Assembly (NCBI GenBank): GCA_977862235.1
Contig: OZ374560.1
Location: 1,674,001 to 1,738,000, forward strand
Direction of reading: 5' to 3'
DNA length: 64,000 bases
From: Dudresnaya verticillata
Lineage: Eukaryota
In this document: one piece after another, positions 61,993 through 64,000 of the stretch
Layout: the number at the start of each line of letters is the position of its first letter
How positions within the stretch are numbered: the first letter of the stretch is position 1
Program-made: the position numbers and the translations under genes
Notes under the pieces: model-generated
The model's database searches: none
What the model was told of the DNA's origin: nothing
What the model saw: only the letters and a program-made list of their open reading frames with translations

Positions 61993-64000
61993 GTCGGACA
62001 ATCCGTGCCTTGAGAACCAATCGGGCTGGCGGACAAATAAAATTGGTCCAGGAAGCGGCGTGCGGATCCCTAGGAGTTGCAGGTATGAGCCCAGGAGGTG
62101 GTTCCTGAATTTCAGGTTGGAAGTTGGCCTTCTGGCCGTTTTGAGCGCGAGCGCTGTGGTCGCGCGAGTTGTGCCGCAATGCGGCGGAGTGTCGTTCGTG
62201 GATGATACGCGTGATGCGTAGGCTCTACGCCTCCTTCCCAGTAGCAGCGCAGACTAAATGCCGTCCCAGCATCTAGACACTTCCGTGCGCGTACACAAAT
62301 CGAGTTTAGCCGAGCGCGTCTTGATCACCAGGTACCTCTAAACTTCCTTGGGTCGCGTCGCCGTCGCGATATTTATAATTCTCGTTCACCGCTTACAGAA
62401 CCTTTCTGAGAGGATCCTGACTAGTTTTGACGACTCCTGCAGGCCTCGGAGTGGCTCCTGACACTGCCTGAGTGCGCTATTAAGTCCAATCATAATCCTC
62501 ACTCTGGACCCATCGGCCGCTCACCGGTCCTGAAATTGGCTTTCTATCATACCATCCATCTTACCATCAGGAAGCATGCACCTGATGTGCGACAACAAGA
62601 TCGGGCCAATAATCTCCTAACGGACACTACCCTTAAGAGGCTTGACGATTTTCTGACCTGGCAGGGGAAAAATCTCCGAGAGATGCAGGATCACGTGGAA
62701 GAAATCGAAAGGGCCCCATAGCGTGAGGATATCAACCATTGAAGACAACCTCCAGGCCACCAGGGACTGCCTCGTCAGGCGAATCGATTGAACGGCAGAG
62801 AAGTCACAGTAGATTCCGGAAGAGCTCTCGAAGAAAAAGACTGCGGAGCTCACCGCACTCATCTCAGATGCGCGCCCAATATAGATTCATGGCAGACGTA
62901 TAAGCGCCCCCGCAGCGGAACCGGAACACGAAGAGCGATAATATACCACGCGTTCTGAGACCATGGAGTGCCAGCGAGAACACCCAAACGTTCTGGATGC
63001 CGCCCGTAAACCCTACGCAGATCCTTCCATCCGTCGGCGGGTCACCATGGCCGATATTGACGTACTCTACAACTCGGATCGGCAACCGGGGGCCACGCAA
63101 TGGGAACTTGCCAACCCACTGATCTTCGGGTACTTCCAATCCGATAAGTGGGTCCCTATTGGAGATATTCATCGCTGCATCCTAAACGATTTCGTGCACC
63201 ACAACTGGAGAGTGCTACGCGGCCTTTCATACCACTCGACAACTTTCCCATATGTGATTGAGGTTTTATTCGAGGAGGCCGCCAGGCACGAAGTCTTCTC
63301 CAGCTTACGCAGTTCATGCAATCCGTCGGCTCGGACTTTAAACTCTTACAACCGCCCTCCCAAAACAGGGCAGTTCAGGACCACGTGTTTGGGGTCGCCC
63401 TTAGATGGTGGAGGAATGGGAACCTAACCCCGCACAGGGCCACGGCAGACTGGTACCAAGACAGGCTCAGGACCCCTGCAATCGCCCACCCGTCCGTTCG
63501 CAAACGCATCGAAGCCCGTCTGGAACGCGACGGACCCAGCAAAGCCCTCAGGCTACTCCATCGAACCTCGCGATCAAGAACCGTCCACCCCTTCCATTGG
63601 AAAGTACAGGGTATAGCTACTACGGACACTCCATCAATGGGCACCTTGACTCCACACCAAGAACACATATTGGATCCCGACTCACAAGGCCACGTACTAG
63701 ACACCGAACCGAACCGCATAGGCGTGGCGAGCAGGACAACTCTACGATGCGGCGAAAAAACTGGCGCACACTCCAAATACAGATCCTGAGCCCGAAACAC
63801 CCACCTCCATCTGCAAGTGTCAGCGCCGTTGTGCTTCCCTCTATAAAGGCCTCCTTACACCAGCGACCCCCAGGACCTCGGGAATAGACGAGATGGAAGC
63901 CTGATGAAGATTGGAACTTGGAATGTATCAGGGCTTCTCTCCGCCCACACCGATGTTATGGATCTGATGCTCCCTGAAAATGCCGATGCACTAATACTTA

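Larger units (their letters stand above)
53895..62594 (-). mobile_element. Full-length, pseudogenised Copia retrotransposon, GalEa-like
   Basis: ~604-bp LTRs at 53895-54498 and 61992-62594 (about 30 differences by eye), TSD GCAAG/ACAAG. Motifs CTGCGSETHFYKDC, LHYRFGHP..CREC, LYGLPESG, LQVDD, TRSVLAAE, TDSKTLFD, EKRLLID. Confidence 0.93.
53400..64000 (+). mobile_element. LINE (degenerate ORF1 and start of ORF2) split by the Copia at 53895-62594
   Basis: ORF1 frame rejoins as ...PARTQ|DRANNLL... ORF2 starts MKIGTWNVSGL (APE N-terminus) at 63904 and runs off the window. The 5' boundary is uncertain. Confidence 0.7.

Overview
Eukaryotic, transposon-dominated window with heavy nesting. Intron-poor genes and the TE spectrum suggest a red macroalga, but this is inference only. 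Three likely host genes: a 520-aa low-complexity protein (8778-10340 +), a 168-aa secreted protein (22248-22754 -) and a two-exon ~276-aa secreted protein (27440-28390 +). Most of the rest is mobile DNA: a young Copia with identical LTRs (16520-21327); an older GalEa-like Copia (53895-62594); two CRE-type RLE retrotransposons; several APE-type LINE remnants; a Gypsy gag-protease fragment; a DIRS-like RT remnant split by a head-to-tail array of Helitron-like elements; a 173-bp tRNA-containing solo LTR; and five LTRs of one family with TGTGGTGCAA...TTGCACCACA ends. The most striking signal occurs in two diverged copies of that family. Each has a conserved accessory ORF of unknown function, apparently antisense, directly preceded by a phased array of 12-15 palindromes (CGTC-N3-GACG alternating with CGCC-N3-GGCG, 22-23 bp apart) that ends 2 nt before the ATG. 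All alignments and counts were done by eye; no database searches were run.
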